64,000 bases of DNA from an uncultured Clostridia bacterium (GCA_944386165.1 CALXAA010000001.1:67231-131230); one strand, 5' to 3'; shown: positions 8,544 through 19,427, counted from the stretch's first letter. Numbers and translations: made by a program. Notes: generated by a model not told the origin, from the sequence alone.

Positions 8544-9818
8544 TTATAATTCTTTGTTTTTTAAAAAGTAGATTGTATTTATTTGAGCATCATTTGCGAT
8601 TTTAATAATATTTTCTTTTGATATATTTTGTATTTTTTTAATATATTCTTCTAGTGTTATTTTATTATTTGTAAGTTCTTGTCCAAAGAAATATGTTATT
8701 TCTGTATCTTGTTCATCATCAATACTTTTTATTGATGATATTATTCCTTTTTTGGCATTTTCAATATCTTCATCTGTAAATATTCCATTTTTCATATCTT
8801 CTAATTGTTTTTTTATTATTTCAATTGCTTTTTTATAATTTTTAATTTCTATTCCACATCTTATAAATATATTACTTTTATATCTTACATAACTTGAACT
8901 TGCTGTATATGCTAAACTTGCTTTTTCACGAACTTCTTGGAACATTTTTGAACTTGCAGATCCTCCTAAAATCGCATTATATAATAGTGCATCATATTTT
9001 TGTTCTTCATTTTTCAAATCTAAATCCATTCCTATTACAACTTTTCCTTGTGTTACATCCATTTCTTCAATAACTTCTTTTTCTTCTACTTTTTCTTTTT
9101 TCTCAATACCATTTATAATTTTAACTTCTCTATCATTAAGTTTTTGTATGTTTTCATTATTTTCTATAATATTTAATGTGTTTTGATCAAGTTTTCCTGA
9201 TACAAATATATCTATTTTACATTCAGATATCATTTTTTGATAATATTCATATAAATTTTTTGCATCTAAACTTTCTAAATCTTCTATATAACCATATTTA
9301 TATAATCCATATGGTTTATTTTTATACATTTCTTCTATACATCTATCAAATGCATATCTTGCTTTATTATCTGCTTTTCCTTCAATAATTCTTTTTATAT
9401 TATCTTTTTCTTGTTGAACATATTCATCATTAAATTTTTCATTCTTTATTAGTGGATTAAATACTATTTCTAATAATTTTTCGACACTAGTTTTCAACAT
9501 ATTTTCATCATTTTGTGGAATAAAATTATCGTTTATTGTTTCCATATAAAATTTTAATATATCATTATCTCCTGTTTTATCTAAGCCATTGTCAAAGCTT
9601 GCTCCATACATCTCTTCTAGTTGTTTATTAATATCCGTAGATGTTGGCATATTCATGCTTCCCCTTCTTAATACGGCTGACAATAAAGAGTTTTTAGTTA
9701 CATTTTCTCTTGTTATTGGCATACTTAAAAATACTGCTACTAAATTTGTTTTAAATTTTTCATTTTCTATAATGTGTATTTTTATTCCTTTTTTTATTTC
9801 CTTTTCTGTGTATTTCAT
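8544..9818 (-). CDS. M16 family peptidase-like protein, probably the non-catalytic partner
   Basis: 424 aa with M16-like length and layout, but the position of HxxEH reads LSAVLRRGS. Adjacent to the active M16 gene, a YmfF/YmfH-like pairing. Confidence 0.75.
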   Translation of the reverse strand: MKYTEKEIKKGIKIHIIENEKFKTNLVAVFLSMPITRENVTKNSLLSAVLRRGSMNMPTSTDINKQLEEMYGASFDNGLDKTGDNDILKFYMETINDNFIPQNDENMLKTSVEKLLEIVFNPLIKNEKFNDEYVQQEKDNIKRIIEGKADNKARYAFDRCIEEMYKNKPYGLYKYGYIEDLESLDAKNLYEYYQKMISECKIDIFVSGKLDQNTLNIIENNENIQKLNDREVKIINGIEKKEKVEEKEVIEEMDVTQGKVVIGMDLDLKNEEQKYDALLYNAILGGSASSKMFQEVREKASLAYTASSSYVRYKSNIFIRCGIEIKNYKKAIEIIKKQLEDMKNGIFTDEDIENAKKGIISSIKSIDDEQDTEITYFFGQELTNNKITLEEYIKKIQNISKENIIKIANDAQINTIYFLKNKEL

Positions 9819-9911
9819 CTTTCTTCCTCCATTTCTTTTATAGTATAATACTTTTGAATATAATTATTCAAGCTTTTTAAAAATATATTTTCATTTTAAC
9901 TCCCATAAAAA

Positions 9912-9942
9912 ATAGTGCATAATAAATTTTTATTTGCACTAT
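9912..9942. terminator. Hairpin terminator between the pilin-like gene and the M16 operon
   Basis: atagtgca / tgcactat stem with A-run and T-run flanks, just after the stop at 9954. Confidence 0.6.
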
Positions 9943-9953
9943 TTTTTTTACTA

Positions 9954-12050
9954 TTATGAAACTCTTAATGTTAAGCTAAAGTTAGCCCATTTAGCTCCAC
10001 CTGAATCTATATTTGTAGAATATCTAAACATACATCTAACAGCTGTATAATTTCCTCTTGGAGAAGCTGATACTGATTTAGAGAAGCTTCTATCTGCTCC
10101 AAAATTCCATGTGAACTTACTAGATTTTGCTGACCATAATGTATACCATGATGAACCTTTTTTTCCTTCTATTTTCATTTCAAAATATCTATCTCTATAC
10201 ATGTTATATGCTCCCATACTATATGAGCCTGTAATACTTGAAATATAAACACTTCCTAAATTTTTGGTAGAGCCACATTGTATCCAATTTGAAGATAGAG
10301 CATTTTTATTAGAATAGCTTCCTGTATAAGTTATGGTTCGGCTTCCTCCGCCGCCTCCTCCACTTCCTCCTCCACCAGAGGTACTGTTCTTTTTCCAAAT
10401 TGCATATAAAGTTACATCTGCATCTACACTATATGTTCCTTGTGGTTGATATTTAACACTTCCGCTTGAACTTGTAGCCCAGCCTTGGAAAGTATAATTA
10501 CTTCTTTTTGGTTTTACTGAACTTAATTTTAAATTTACTCCCTGTGCTTTGGTTTGAGAGCTTGGTGCACCAGAACCTCCATTTGCATTATATGAAATTG
10601 TGTATTGCCCTTTTACTGTTATTGTACTTGTTGCTTTAATGTTTCCACTAGGATTTTTTGCTGTGATTGTTACTGCTCCTGTTGAAACTGCTGTTACTAA
10701 TCCTGTATCACTTACTGTTGCTACACCTGTATTTGATGAGGTCCAAGTTACTTTTTCATCTGTATTTGAAGGATTTACTGTTGCTGTTAATTGTACTGTT
10801 TTTGAATATGTTCCATTTCCAATATAAATTGTTGCACTTGCAGGTGTTACTACTATACTTGTTATTGGTGTATAACAAAGTACTGTACATGTTGCTGTAT
10901 ATCCATTTGCTGTTTTTGCTGTGATTGTTGCCGTTCCTCTAGAAATTCCAGTAACTAAACCTGTATCACTTACTATTGCAATATTAGTATTACTACTACT
11001 CCATGTTACTTCACTTCCAATATTTGCTCCTTCTGGAAGTACTTTTGCATTTAATTGTAATGTTTTTGTTCCATTTAACTCTATTGAGGCTGTTGTTGGA
11101 CTAAGTTCAATTCCTGTTGCTGTAGTTTGAACTGTTACAACACAAGTGTCTGTTTTATTATTTGATGTTTTTACTGTTATTACCGCTGTTCCATTTGTTA
11201 CTCCTGTTACTAGTCCATTTTCATCTACCATTGCAACTCCTGGATTACTACTTATCCATGTTAATTCTGTTCCTTTATTTGCAAATTCAGGATTAATTGT
11301 TGCTGTTAGTTGTAAAGTTTTATTTTCTGTTCCTAAATCTATTATTTCATTTGTTTTATCTAATTCTACACTTAATACTTTTATGGTGTTTACTTCTACT
11401 ACTTCTACATTACATATTGCTGTTCTACTTACTCCATCTTGTTCCATCGTTGCAACTATTTGTGTGGTTCCTAATTCTTTTGCAACTACTTTAACTTTTG
11501 TATTTGTTGTTTCATCTTGTTCAATAACAGCTACACTTGTATTTGATGATAACCATGTTATTTCTCCTTCCATATTTGTAATAGCTGTTATTTCTTCTGT
11601 AGAACCAAGTTCTAATGATGGAATTGAATTTGGCTGTAATTTGAAAACATAATAATCTTCATCTGATTCTAATACTGTTCCATCTCCTAATATTATGTAT
11701 TGTCTTCCTGGTTTTCCATTACTTAAAAAGGTTACTAAAAATGAGTCTTCATATATGCCTTTATCTAATATATAATTTTCGTCTCCTACATTTCCGTCTA
11801 AATAGTATTCTAAATTTTCTTCTTGTAGAGTTTCAGCATTATTTGCTCCTAATGCTGAAACTGCAGATGCTTTTAAAATGTTTTTTTCTTCGCTAATTTC
11901 TGTTTCTTCTTTGGCAGAGTTTCCTCGATTTATAATACCATTTTCTCCAGTTAAAAATGCAATACTAACTGTTAATAGTATTAATAAGACAACAACTGTA
12001 ACTACTAGGCTTATTAAAGTTATTCCTCTATTTTCTTTTGTTTTTTTCAT
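9954..12050 (-). CDS. Prepilin-type N-terminal signal protein with four Big_2 Ig-like domains, a Listeria-Bacteroides repeat, a Gly/Ser linker and an unknown C-terminal domain
   Basis: N-terminus KENRGITLISLVVTVVVLLILL...LTGENGIINR (class III/prepilin-like). Repeated ...TWxSSNxxVAxVxxxGLVTGxxxGTAxITAK... modules (Big_2). YTISYNANGGSG...YTFQGWAT...LYAIWKK (Listeria-Bacteroides repeat). SGGGGSGGGGGGS linker. Confidence 0.75.
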   Translation of the reverse strand: MKKTKENRGITLISLVVTVVVLLILLTVSIAFLTGENGIINRGNSAKEETEISEEKNILKASAVSALGANNAETLQEENLEYYLDGNVGDENYILDKGIYEDSFLVTFLSNGKPGRQYIILGDGTVLESDEDYYVFKLQPNSIPSLELGSTEEITAITNMEGEITWLSSNTSVAVIEQDETTNTKVKVVAKELGTTQIVATMEQDGVSRTAICNVEVVEVNTIKVLSVELDKTNEIIDLGTENKTLQLTATINPEFANKGTELTWISSNPGVAMVDENGLVTGVTNGTAVITVKTSNNKTDTCVVTVQTTATGIELSPTTASIELNGTKTLQLNAKVLPEGANIGSEVTWSSSNTNIAIVSDTGLVTGISRGTATITAKTANGYTATCTVLCYTPITSIVVTPASATIYIGNGTYSKTVQLTATVNPSNTDEKVTWTSSNTGVATVSDTGLVTAVSTGAVTITAKNPSGNIKATSTITVKGQYTISYNANGGSGAPSSQTKAQGVNLKLSSVKPKRSNYTFQGWATSSSGSVKYQPQGTYSVDADVTLYAIWKKNSTSGGGGSGGGGGGSRTITYTGSYSNKNALSSNWIQCGSTKNLGSVYISSITGSYSMGAYNMYRDRYFEMKIEGKKGSSWYTLWSAKSSKFTWNFGADRSFSKSVSASPRGNYTAVRCMFRYSTNIDSGGAKWANFSLTLRVS
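10599..11648 (-). repeat. Four tandem Big_2-type domain-coding repeats inside the pilin-like gene (approximate bounds)
   Basis: Four protein modules of about 85 aa share the TW(I/S/T)SSN...GLVT(G/A)...G(T/A)(A/V)(V/T)IT(V/A)K pattern. The DNA copies are diverged. Confidence 0.6.
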
Positions 12051-12380
12051 AAAATTGCTCCTTAATTCTTTTGAATATTATTTTTTCTTAAATTTTCACT
12101 TGATATTATTTATGATATCATAAATTTTTTTAATAATCAATAGATAATTTTTGCGAAAAAATTAGTTTCTACATTATAATTTCTATCATTATAAGTATTT
12201 TTATGTTATTAGATATTTCTGTCTATATGTAAAAATTTTCTAATAAATTTAAAAACCAATATTGCTAAACTAAGAAATCAACAAAAAAACTTGATTTTTC
12301 CTATTAAACAAAAAAACCAAAATCATTAAACTTACTTTGTCTAATAATTTAGGTTTTTGATTTTGTTTTTCATTTATATT

Positions 12381-12548
12381 TTAGAATTTTCTTTTTCTAG
12401 CTGCCTCTGATTTTTTCTTTCTTCTTACACTTGGCTTTTCATAGCATTCTCTTTTACGTACTTCTTGTAGAACACCATTTCTTGCGCATTGTCTCTTAAA
12501 TTTTTTTAGCGCTTCTTCTATATTTCCATTAACTTTAATTTCTGACAT
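12381..12548 (-). CDS. rpsU: 30S ribosomal protein S21
   Basis: 55-aa ORF missed by the ORF track: [57 protein letters not shown] ggagggg upstream. Confidence 0.9.
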   Translation of the reverse strand: MSEIKVNGNIEEALKKFKRQCARNGVLQEVRKRECYEKPSVRRKKKSEAARKRKF

Positions 12549-12614
12549 TATTAATTCCCCTCCTTCCGGCGTTTAGAACACTGTATGTGGGATTTCATCC
12601 TTTATACGCTAACT

Positions 12615-12644
12615 ATTATACATTATTTTCCTGTACCTTGTCAA
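12615..12644 (-). promoter_or_regulatory. Sigma-A-type promoter upstream of rpsU
   Basis: On the minus strand: TTGACA, an 18-nt spacer, then TATAAT, read as cttgacaaggtacaggaaaataatgtataat. Confidence 0.55.
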
Positions 12645-12725
12645 GCCTTTTACAACAATTTCTAAAGTTTAAATTCTAATATATTAAAATTTATCATTGT
12701 TACCATTGTTTTGTTATAAGTTTTG

Positions 12726-13247
12726 CTATACATCATATGGTATTACTTTATGTACTTTTAATGATTTATTTACATCTATAATTCTTTGGTTTGAAGATCC
12801 TCTGAATTTTAAATTTAAATCTTTTTTGTCTTCTTCAAATTTTCCATCTACTACTACATCTATATATGACATTAGTTCTTTAGTTTCAGGCCAGTTTTGA
12901 AACATATTTTCTGTTACATCTTTGTCAAAAGTATATCCTGTATAACACCATATATCTTTTTCAGGAAATTTTTCTTTTACTTTTTTTAATAATGGTAGAA
13001 GTCCTTTTTGGTTTTGATATTCTAATGGTTCTCCTCCTAGAATTGATAATCCTGATACATATGAATGATTTAAGTCTTCTAATATTTCATCTATTTCTTT
13101 TTCTGTAAATTCTTTTCCATAATTAAAGTCCCATGCTTGACTGTTAAAACATCCTTTGCAATGATGATTACATCCACTTACAAATAAAGATACTCTTACT
13201 CCTTTTCCATTTGCTACATCTGCTATTTTAATATCTGCGTAGTTCAT
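12726..13247 (-). CDS. nrdG: Anaerobic ribonucleoside-triphosphate reductase activating protein (radical SAM)
   Basis: 173 aa. Contains DVANGKGVRVSLFVSGCNHHCKGCFN, the NrdG-type CxxxCxxC cluster motif. Confidence 0.85.
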   Translation of the reverse strand: MNYADIKIADVANGKGVRVSLFVSGCNHHCKGCFNSQAWDFNYGKEFTEKEIDEILEDLNHSYVSGLSILGGEPLEYQNQKGLLPLLKKVKEKFPEKDIWCYTGYTFDKDVTENMFQNWPETKELMSYIDVVVDGKFEEDKKDLNLKFRGSSNQRIIDVNKSLKVHKVIPYDV

Positions 13248-13277
13248 TTTTGGTTCCTTCCATTTCTAATTTAAAAA

Positions 13278-14912
13278 CTAAGTTTGGGTTTTATACATAC
13301 CATATCTTTCTCTACCTAAAGCTGTATAAAATGCTTGTTTTAACTCATTGTTTTGCTGAGCTACATATACATATATATCATCATATACTTCACAGTCATT
13401 TTGACTTATAACACTAGTATAAGAAGCATAATATTTTAATGTATAATAATATATTTTGTTCTCATTTTCATCTAGGGCATTTTGTCTATTAAAGTCTAGA
13501 TTTAATCTTCCTGCTGATTTAGCTGGAATATCTGTATCACCAATGTTGTTTCCATCTAATAAGTACTTGTCTCCTATTCTATGGTAAAATCCGTCTTTTC
13601 CTATAATAAATATGTTTTCTTCTCTTACAACTTCTTTACTATCAGAATTATTAACTATTGTGTATCCATTATAAATTTTTCCACCTATGTCTAAACCTTG
13701 AACAAAGCTAATTAATGAAATGTTTTTCATAATGTGACTCCATTCTTCTTCTGACAATTCTGGCATTTCAAACTGAACACTTTGAGCTGAGTTGTAATTT
13801 GCTACGGCAATAGCTAAATTTGTTCTAATTTTATTTCTAATGATTTGCAATCTATGTTGGTTAAAATTGGATTTTACACTTTCAATGTTATTTGCAATAT
13901 TGCCATTTGGATCATTAAAATCAAATATTTTTGTTTCATCTTCTCCACATACATTTGTAAAAATGGTATCGCCATTACTGTCTATTGTAAAATCCATAGC
14001 ATCTTTATACTCTAAGTCTTTTAATGCACTTAATTCTCCATTTTTTATTTTGTTTGTAAATTCATATGCTTCTATATAATATCTTTTGGCAAAATCATTA
14101 TTTGTTATTAATGCATGGTAAGTGTCAAATGTTTCATTTGGTACTTCTGCTGTTCCTTGTTTATGTTCTACCATTTTTCCATTTAAAAAGTAAAATACTC
14201 TTTGATTATCTTCATCATAGTAATATTTTGTTCCATTAAATCTAATGTATGGATATTTTTTTGTAGAACTTAGTCCATTTATGTTAGGTAAATTTTCATA
14301 TAATGTTTCATTTTCAATTGTAATTCCATTATATTTTACAGTTGTTCCATCATATTCAATTCCATCTATTAAATATCCTGATTCATTATAGTACTTGTCA
14401 TTTACCATACCTTGAATTGTTAAATAGTTATCAAGCGTATATGTTATTACTACATCAATAGAAGCTGTTTTGTATTGAGCACTATATGATATATATGGTT
14501 TTAATCCGTAAATATTTTCTCCATCTTGATTTAGTCCTAAATAGTTTTGATTATTATAATTCGAATAAATATAGAATCCATCATACATTGTATATACAAG
14601 TGCTGGTATATATTGATTCATTTGTTCTTCTGTATATCCATTTAATCCAAATACAGATTTTAATGAGGTTTTAAATGTCTCAACTGATGCTTCAATATCT
14701 CTTAGCTTTGAATTTGCTAAATCAGATGTTGAACTATTTATTGTATTAATTTGAAATGCCTTGATTGCATCACTAGTTGCTGCTGTTAATCTTGTGTCAT
14801 ATTCTGTTTGTATTTTTATTGTCTGTATTTGATTTTGAGTGTAAACAGAAAGTACAATTGAAATTGGTAATATTATTATTACAAATATGATTGCTAAGTC
14901 TTGAATTTTCAT
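13278..14912 (-). CDS. Hypothetical N-terminally anchored extracellular protein
   Basis: 544-aa ORF with one N-terminal TM (LAIIFVIIILPISIVLSVY). Asn/Tyr-rich. No recognisable motif. Confidence 0.5.
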   Translation of the reverse strand: MKIQDLAIIFVIIILPISIVLSVYTQNQIQTIKIQTEYDTRLTAATSDAIKAFQINTINSSTSDLANSKLRDIEASVETFKTSLKSVFGLNGYTEEQMNQYIPALVYTMYDGFYIYSNYNNQNYLGLNQDGENIYGLKPYISYSAQYKTASIDVVITYTLDNYLTIQGMVNDKYYNESGYLIDGIEYDGTTVKYNGITIENETLYENLPNINGLSSTKKYPYIRFNGTKYYYDEDNQRVFYFLNGKMVEHKQGTAEVPNETFDTYHALITNNDFAKRYYIEAYEFTNKIKNGELSALKDLEYKDAMDFTIDSNGDTIFTNVCGEDETKIFDFNDPNGNIANNIESVKSNFNQHRLQIIRNKIRTNLAIAVANYNSAQSVQFEMPELSEEEWSHIMKNISLISFVQGLDIGGKIYNGYTIVNNSDSKEVVREENIFIIGKDGFYHRIGDKYLLDGNNIGDTDIPAKSAGRLNLDFNRQNALDENENKIYYYTLKYYASYTSVISQNDCEVYDDIYVYVAQQNNELKQAFYTALGRERYGMYKTQT

Positions 14913-15011
14913 ATGTATTCCTTTCTTTTGTTCTATAATTTTAAAGCACTTTCTTTTACTATATAATTACTACAAATATCACTTTTTGTCAATAGAAAAG
15001 AATGGATAAAA

Positions 15012-16817
15012 TTATCCATTCTCAAAAATTTTATCAAATTCTTCTCCTTCGATTTTTTCTTTTTCAATTAGTATTCCCGCAACTACATGAAGTTTGTCAA
15101 TATGTTCTGTTAAAATTTCTACAGCTTTATTATATGCTGTTTGTATTATTCTTTTTACTTCTTCATCTATTAATGCTGCTGTTTCTTCTGAATAATCTTT
15201 TGTTTGTGCAAAATCTCTGCCTAAGAATACTTCGCCTTGTCCTCCACCAAACATAACTGTTCCTATTTTGCTACTCATTCCATATTTTGTAACCATATTT
15301 CTTGCAATTTGTGAGGCTCTTTCAATATCATTACTTGCTCCTGTTGAAATATCATTTAATACTATTGCTTCTGCAACTCTTCCTCCAAGAAGTGAAACAA
15401 TGTTTTCTTCCATTTCTGTTTTAGACATAAATGATTTGTCTTCTGTTGGTCTATACATAGTATATCCTCCAGCCATTCCTCTTGGTACTATTGATATTTG
15501 ATGAACTGGGTCTTGTGTTGATAAATATCTGCTTACAACGGCATGACCTGCTTCATGATATGCTACTAATTTGTTTTCTTTTTCGCTTCTTACTCTAGTT
15601 TTCTTTTCAGGTCCCATAGTAACTTTTACCATGGCATCTTCAATTTCTTTCATTCCAATTTCTTTGTAATTTCTTCTTGCAGCAAGTAATGCTGCTTCAT
15701 TTAATACATTTTCTAAATCTGCCCCCGCAAATCCTGAAGTGTTTTTTGCAATTACTTTTAAATCTACATCATCAGCTAATTTCTTTTTACGTGCATGAAC
15801 TTCTAATATTTGTTCTCTTGCTTTAACATCTGGACTAGATACAACTATTTGTCTGTCAAATCTTCCTGCTCTAAGTAATGCTTTATCTAATACATCTGGT
15901 CTATTTGTTGCTGCTAAAATTATAACTCCTTCATTATCTGAGAATCCATCCATTTCTACTAATAATTGGTTTAATGTTTGTTCTCTTTCGTCATGTCCTC
16001 CACCAAGTCCTGCACCTCTTTGACGTCCTACAGCATCAATTTCGTCTATAAATATTATACATGGTGCTGTTTTTTTTGCTTGCTCAAACAAGTCTCTTAC
16101 TCTTGAAGCTCCAACACCAACAAACATTTCTACAAAGTCTGAACCACTTATTGTATAAAATGGTACTCCAGCTTCTCCTGCTACTGCTTTTGCTAAAAGT
16201 GTTTTTCCTGTACCTGGTTGACCAACAAGTAGTACTCCTTTTGGAATTCTTGCTCCCATATCTGTGAATTTCTTTGGATTTTTTAGAAATTCTACTATTT
16301 CTTCTAATTCTTCTTTTTCTTCATCAACACCTGCTACATCATCAAATGTTACTCTATTTTTTTCTCCTGCATTTACTAGTCTTGCTCTGCTTTTTCCAAA
16401 TGACATCGATTTTGATCCGTTTTGATTACTGCCACTCATCATTATAACCCAGAATATTAAGAATATTATAAGTAGTCCAAATGGTGTTAAGAAGCTAAGT
16501 GCTGTAATCCAAACAGATTCTTTTTCTTCTTCTAATGAAAATGCTCCTGATTTTAAGTAATCTTGTGAATATGTCATAAAGCTATCTAAACTTGGTATGC
16601 TTACTTCTTTTTCAATTTTTGAATCTTTCATTTTTACTGTTGCTAAATTACCACTTGATGAAATTACTATACTTTCAACTTCTCCATTTTCAATACTTGT
16701 AATTAATTCTGAATAGGTAATTTGTGAACTTTTATTTTCAATGATTGATGTTAATAATACAATTACTATTACTCCTATTATTAGCCACATTGCTAATGTT
16801 TTTATACTCTTTTTCAA
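15012..16817 (-). CDS. ftsH: ATP-dependent zinc metalloprotease FtsH
   Basis: Two TM segments. AAA Walker A GQPGTGKT and Walker B IIFIDEID. Zinc motif HEAGHA. Confidence 0.95.
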   Translation of the reverse strand: MKKSIKTLAMWLIIGVIVIVLLTSIIENKSSQITYSELITSIENGEVESIVISSSGNLATVKMKDSKIEKEVSIPSLDSFMTYSQDYLKSGAFSLEEEKESVWITALSFLTPFGLLIIFLIFWVIMMSGSNQNGSKSMSFGKSRARLVNAGEKNRVTFDDVAGVDEEKEELEEIVEFLKNPKKFTDMGARIPKGVLLVGQPGTGKTLLAKAVAGEAGVPFYTISGSDFVEMFVGVGASRVRDLFEQAKKTAPCIIFIDEIDAVGRQRGAGLGGGHDEREQTLNQLLVEMDGFSDNEGVIILAATNRPDVLDKALLRAGRFDRQIVVSSPDVKAREQILEVHARKKKLADDVDLKVIAKNTSGFAGADLENVLNEAALLAARRNYKEIGMKEIEDAMVKVTMGPEKKTRVRSEKENKLVAYHEAGHAVVSRYLSTQDPVHQISIVPRGMAGGYTMYRPTEDKSFMSKTEMEENIVSLLGGRVAEAIVLNDISTGASNDIERASQIARNMVTKYGMSSKIGTVMFGGGQGEVFLGRDFAQTKDYSEETAALIDEEVKRIIQTAYNKAVEILTEHIDKLHVVAGILIEKEKIEGEEFDKIFENG

Positions 16818-16999
16818 TTTACCACTTTCCTTCCTAATTTCATTATATTGCTTGTGTAATAAGCTCTATTCTTCATTTGTGTAAATTTTACAATTTGAAC
16901 TATAACATAACTCATTTTATTTTTCAATAGTTTTTTTATGTTTTTTTTGTGTCTTTTTTGTTACATTCTAATGGCTTTATTAGGGATATTATTCTTTTA

Positions 17000-17983
17000 C
17001 TATATTTTTATAAAATAAATTTTTTTGTCTTTTATCATCACTTTTAAGTTTTTATTTGGCATTAAAAATTTGTTTCCTATATTGTTTTTACATAATTTTA
17101 TAATATCAACTATATTTATTTTCTCAATTCCTTGTATTGAGCCAAAAATATTCTTTACTACTAATAGTATAAGTCTACTTTTAATTACATTATCTAGTAT
17201 ATTAAATTCTTTTAATTTTATTTCTATTTGATTTTCTTGTTTTGATATAAGTAATTTTTCATATTCTTTTTGTGTAATTTCTGAAATGTACTCATCTTCA
17301 CTTGATATTACTTCAGATAATCTTTCTATTGTTTCTACAATATTGGGATTAAATTGTTCTTTTATATATGGAATTACTATATTTCTTATTTTATTTCTTG
17401 TGTATGAGTTTTCAAAATTTGTTTTATCGATACATGGATTTAACTTATTTATTTCACAGTATTTTTCAATTTCTTCTCTACTACACTCAATTAATGGTTT
17501 TATAAACTTGTTATCTCTTATAGGTGATATTCCTTTTAAGCCAGAAACTCCACTTCCCCTAAGAATATGCATTATTATTGTTTCTACTTTGTCATTTTTA
17601 TTATGTGCTGTAGCAATTTTATTCGAATTTGTTTTTTTTAAAATTTCTTCAAATGCTTCATATCTTGCAATTCTTCCAGCTTCTTCTACTCCTATTTTTT
17701 TGCTTTTTGCAATTTCTTGCACATCTATTGCTTTTGTATAAAATTCAATATTGTTTTTATTACAGTAGTTTTCTACATATTTTTGGTCATTAATTGCATC
17801 TTGTCCTCTTATCATATGATTTACATGTACTACATAAATTTCGAAATTCATTGTTTCTTTTAAGTCTTTTAATATATCTAGCATTGTAATTGAATCTGGT
17901 CCTCCAGATACCCCTAGTACTATTTTATCTCCACTTTTTATTAGATTATATTTTTTTATAGTTTCTATTACTTTCTGCTTCAT
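17000..17983 (-). CDS. tilS: tRNA(Ile)-lysidine synthase
   Basis: PP-loop motif LGVSGGPDS. Conserved ATAHNKNDKVET segment. Confidence 0.9.
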   Translation of the reverse strand: MKQKVIETIKKYNLIKSGDKIVLGVSGGPDSITMLDILKDLKETMNFEIYVVHVNHMIRGQDAINDQKYVENYCNKNNIEFYTKAIDVQEIAKSKKIGVEEAGRIARYEAFEEILKKTNSNKIATAHNKNDKVETIIMHILRGSGVSGLKGISPIRDNKFIKPLIECSREEIEKYCEINKLNPCIDKTNFENSYTRNKIRNIVIPYIKEQFNPNIVETIERLSEVISSEDEYISEITQKEYEKLLISKQENQIEIKLKEFNILDNVIKSRLILLVVKNIFGSIQGIEKINIVDIIKLCKNNIGNKFLMPNKNLKVMIKDKKIYFIKI

Positions 17984-18089
17984 TTATTTTCTCCTTGTAT
18001 TATTATTAATAAAAACTTTATTAAAGCATAATAATATTAATCTGAATTTTTTGTAGATTAATATTATTAAACTTATTACATATTTTAAA

Positions 18090-19427
18090 TTAATTATCAA
18101 ATCTTCTTTCAATGTTAACAAATTTCGTATAATTTCCCATCCAATACAATTTAACGGTTCCTGTTGAACCTCCTCTTTGTTTTGCAATTATTACTTCTGC
18201 AATATCTTTTTCTGCACTTTCTTTATTATAATAATCATCTCTATATAAAAACATTACTATATCTGCATCTTGTTCTATAGCTCCAGATTCACGTAAGTCT
18301 GAAAGCATAGGCCTATGATCTTCTCTTTGCTCTACTGCCCTAGACAACTGTGATAATGCTATAACAGGAACATTTAATTCTTTAGCAAGAATTTTTAATG
18401 ATCTACTTATTTCTGAAATTTCTTGTTCTCTACTTCCTCCACTTCTTCTATTGCTTCCTGCTATTAATTGCAAATAGTCTATAACAACAAGCCCTATATC
18501 TTTTTCCATTTTTAGTTTTCTACATTTTGTTCTAATCTCCATTATTGAAATTCCTGGTGTGTCATCTATATATATTCCTGCTTCTGAAAGTGGACCAATT
18601 GCTTCTGCTAATTTAACCCAATCTTCTTCATCAAGTTTTCCTGTTCTTACTTTGTTACTATCTACCATTGCTTCACTACATAACATTCTGTTTACAAGTT
18701 GGTCTTTTGACATTTCCAAACTAAAAATAGCTACAGGTACTTTTGCTCTTAGTGCTGCATTTGTTGCTATATTTAGTGCAAATGCTGTTTTTCCCATTGC
18801 AGGTCTTGCTGCTACTAAAATAAGTTCTGAACCATGTAGACCTGCTGTTTTGTCATCTAAGTCATAAAATTGTGTTGGAACTCCTGTTATATGTTGTTTT
18901 TGATTGTATAATTTTTCTAAGTTTGTGAAGCTTTCTACTAATACATCTTTAATTGGTGTATAGCTTTTACTGTTTTTACTTTGCATTACATCAAAAATTT
19001 TTCTTTCTGCACCTTCCATTATGTCTTCAACATCTTCACTTTGATTATACCCTAAATCTATTATTTCATTTGCTGTTTTTATTAAACTTCTTAATACTGA
19101 TTTTTCATCAACTATTTTTATATATTTTTGTACATTTGCAGTTGTTGGTACTTTATCTGGTAGACTTGCTAAATATTCAAATCCACCTACTTGTTCGAAC
19201 TTTCCCATGGATTCTAGTTCATCTTTTAATGTTATTATATCTATTGGTTCTGATTTATTATATAAATTTAGTATTGCCTGATATATTGTCTTATTATCTT
19301 CTCTGTAAAATGCATCTGCTTTTAAAACTTCTACAGCAGCCATTACAGCATCACTATCTGTTAACATACTTCCTAAAACAGCTTGCTCAGCATCCTCATC
19401 ATGTGGTGGTACTTTTCCTAATTCCAT
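18090..19427 (-). CDS. dnaB: Replicative DNA helicase (DnaB family)
   Basis: N-terminus PPHDEDAEQAVLGSML. Walker A ARPAMGKTAFALN. Also IDYLQL and SQLSRAVEQR motifs. Confidence 0.95.
   Translation of the reverse strand: MELGKVPPHDEDAEQAVLGSMLTDSDAVMAAVEVLKADAFYREDNKTIYQAILNLYNKSEPIDIITLKDELESMGKFEQVGGFEYLASLPDKVPTTANVQKYIKIVDEKSVLRSLIKTANEIIDLGYNQSEDVEDIMEGAERKIFDVMQSKNSKSYTPIKDVLVESFTNLEKLYNQKQHITGVPTQFYDLDDKTAGLHGSELILVAARPAMGKTAFALNIATNAALRAKVPVAIFSLEMSKDQLVNRMLCSEAMVDSNKVRTGKLDEEDWVKLAEAIGPLSEAGIYIDDTPGISIMEIRTKCRKLKMEKDIGLVVIDYLQLIAGSNRRSGGSREQEISEISRSLKILAKELNVPVIALSQLSRAVEQREDHRPMLSDLRESGAIEQDADIVMFLYRDDYYNKESAEKDIAEVIIAKQRGGSTGTVKLYWMGNYTKFVNIERRFDN

Noticed and set aside
11146-11652. 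168-aa plus-strand ORF, along with 10600-10827, 10921-11130 and others, inside the pilin-like gene
   Set aside because: These are antisense shadow ORFs of the Big_2 repeats. Their sequence is a repetitive V/T/S/F composition that mirrors the sense-strand repeats. They have no SD.
12270-12380. Apparent terminator downstream of rpsU (aaaaacc/aaaatc ... ggttttt/gatttt)
   Set aside because: The complementary blocks are in the wrong order to form one continuous stem. Only weak alternative pairings remain, so I do not call a terminator.
17984-18187. 67-aa minus-strand ORF between dnaB and tilS
   Set aside because: It overlaps the 3' end of dnaB in another frame, has no SD and is low complexity.
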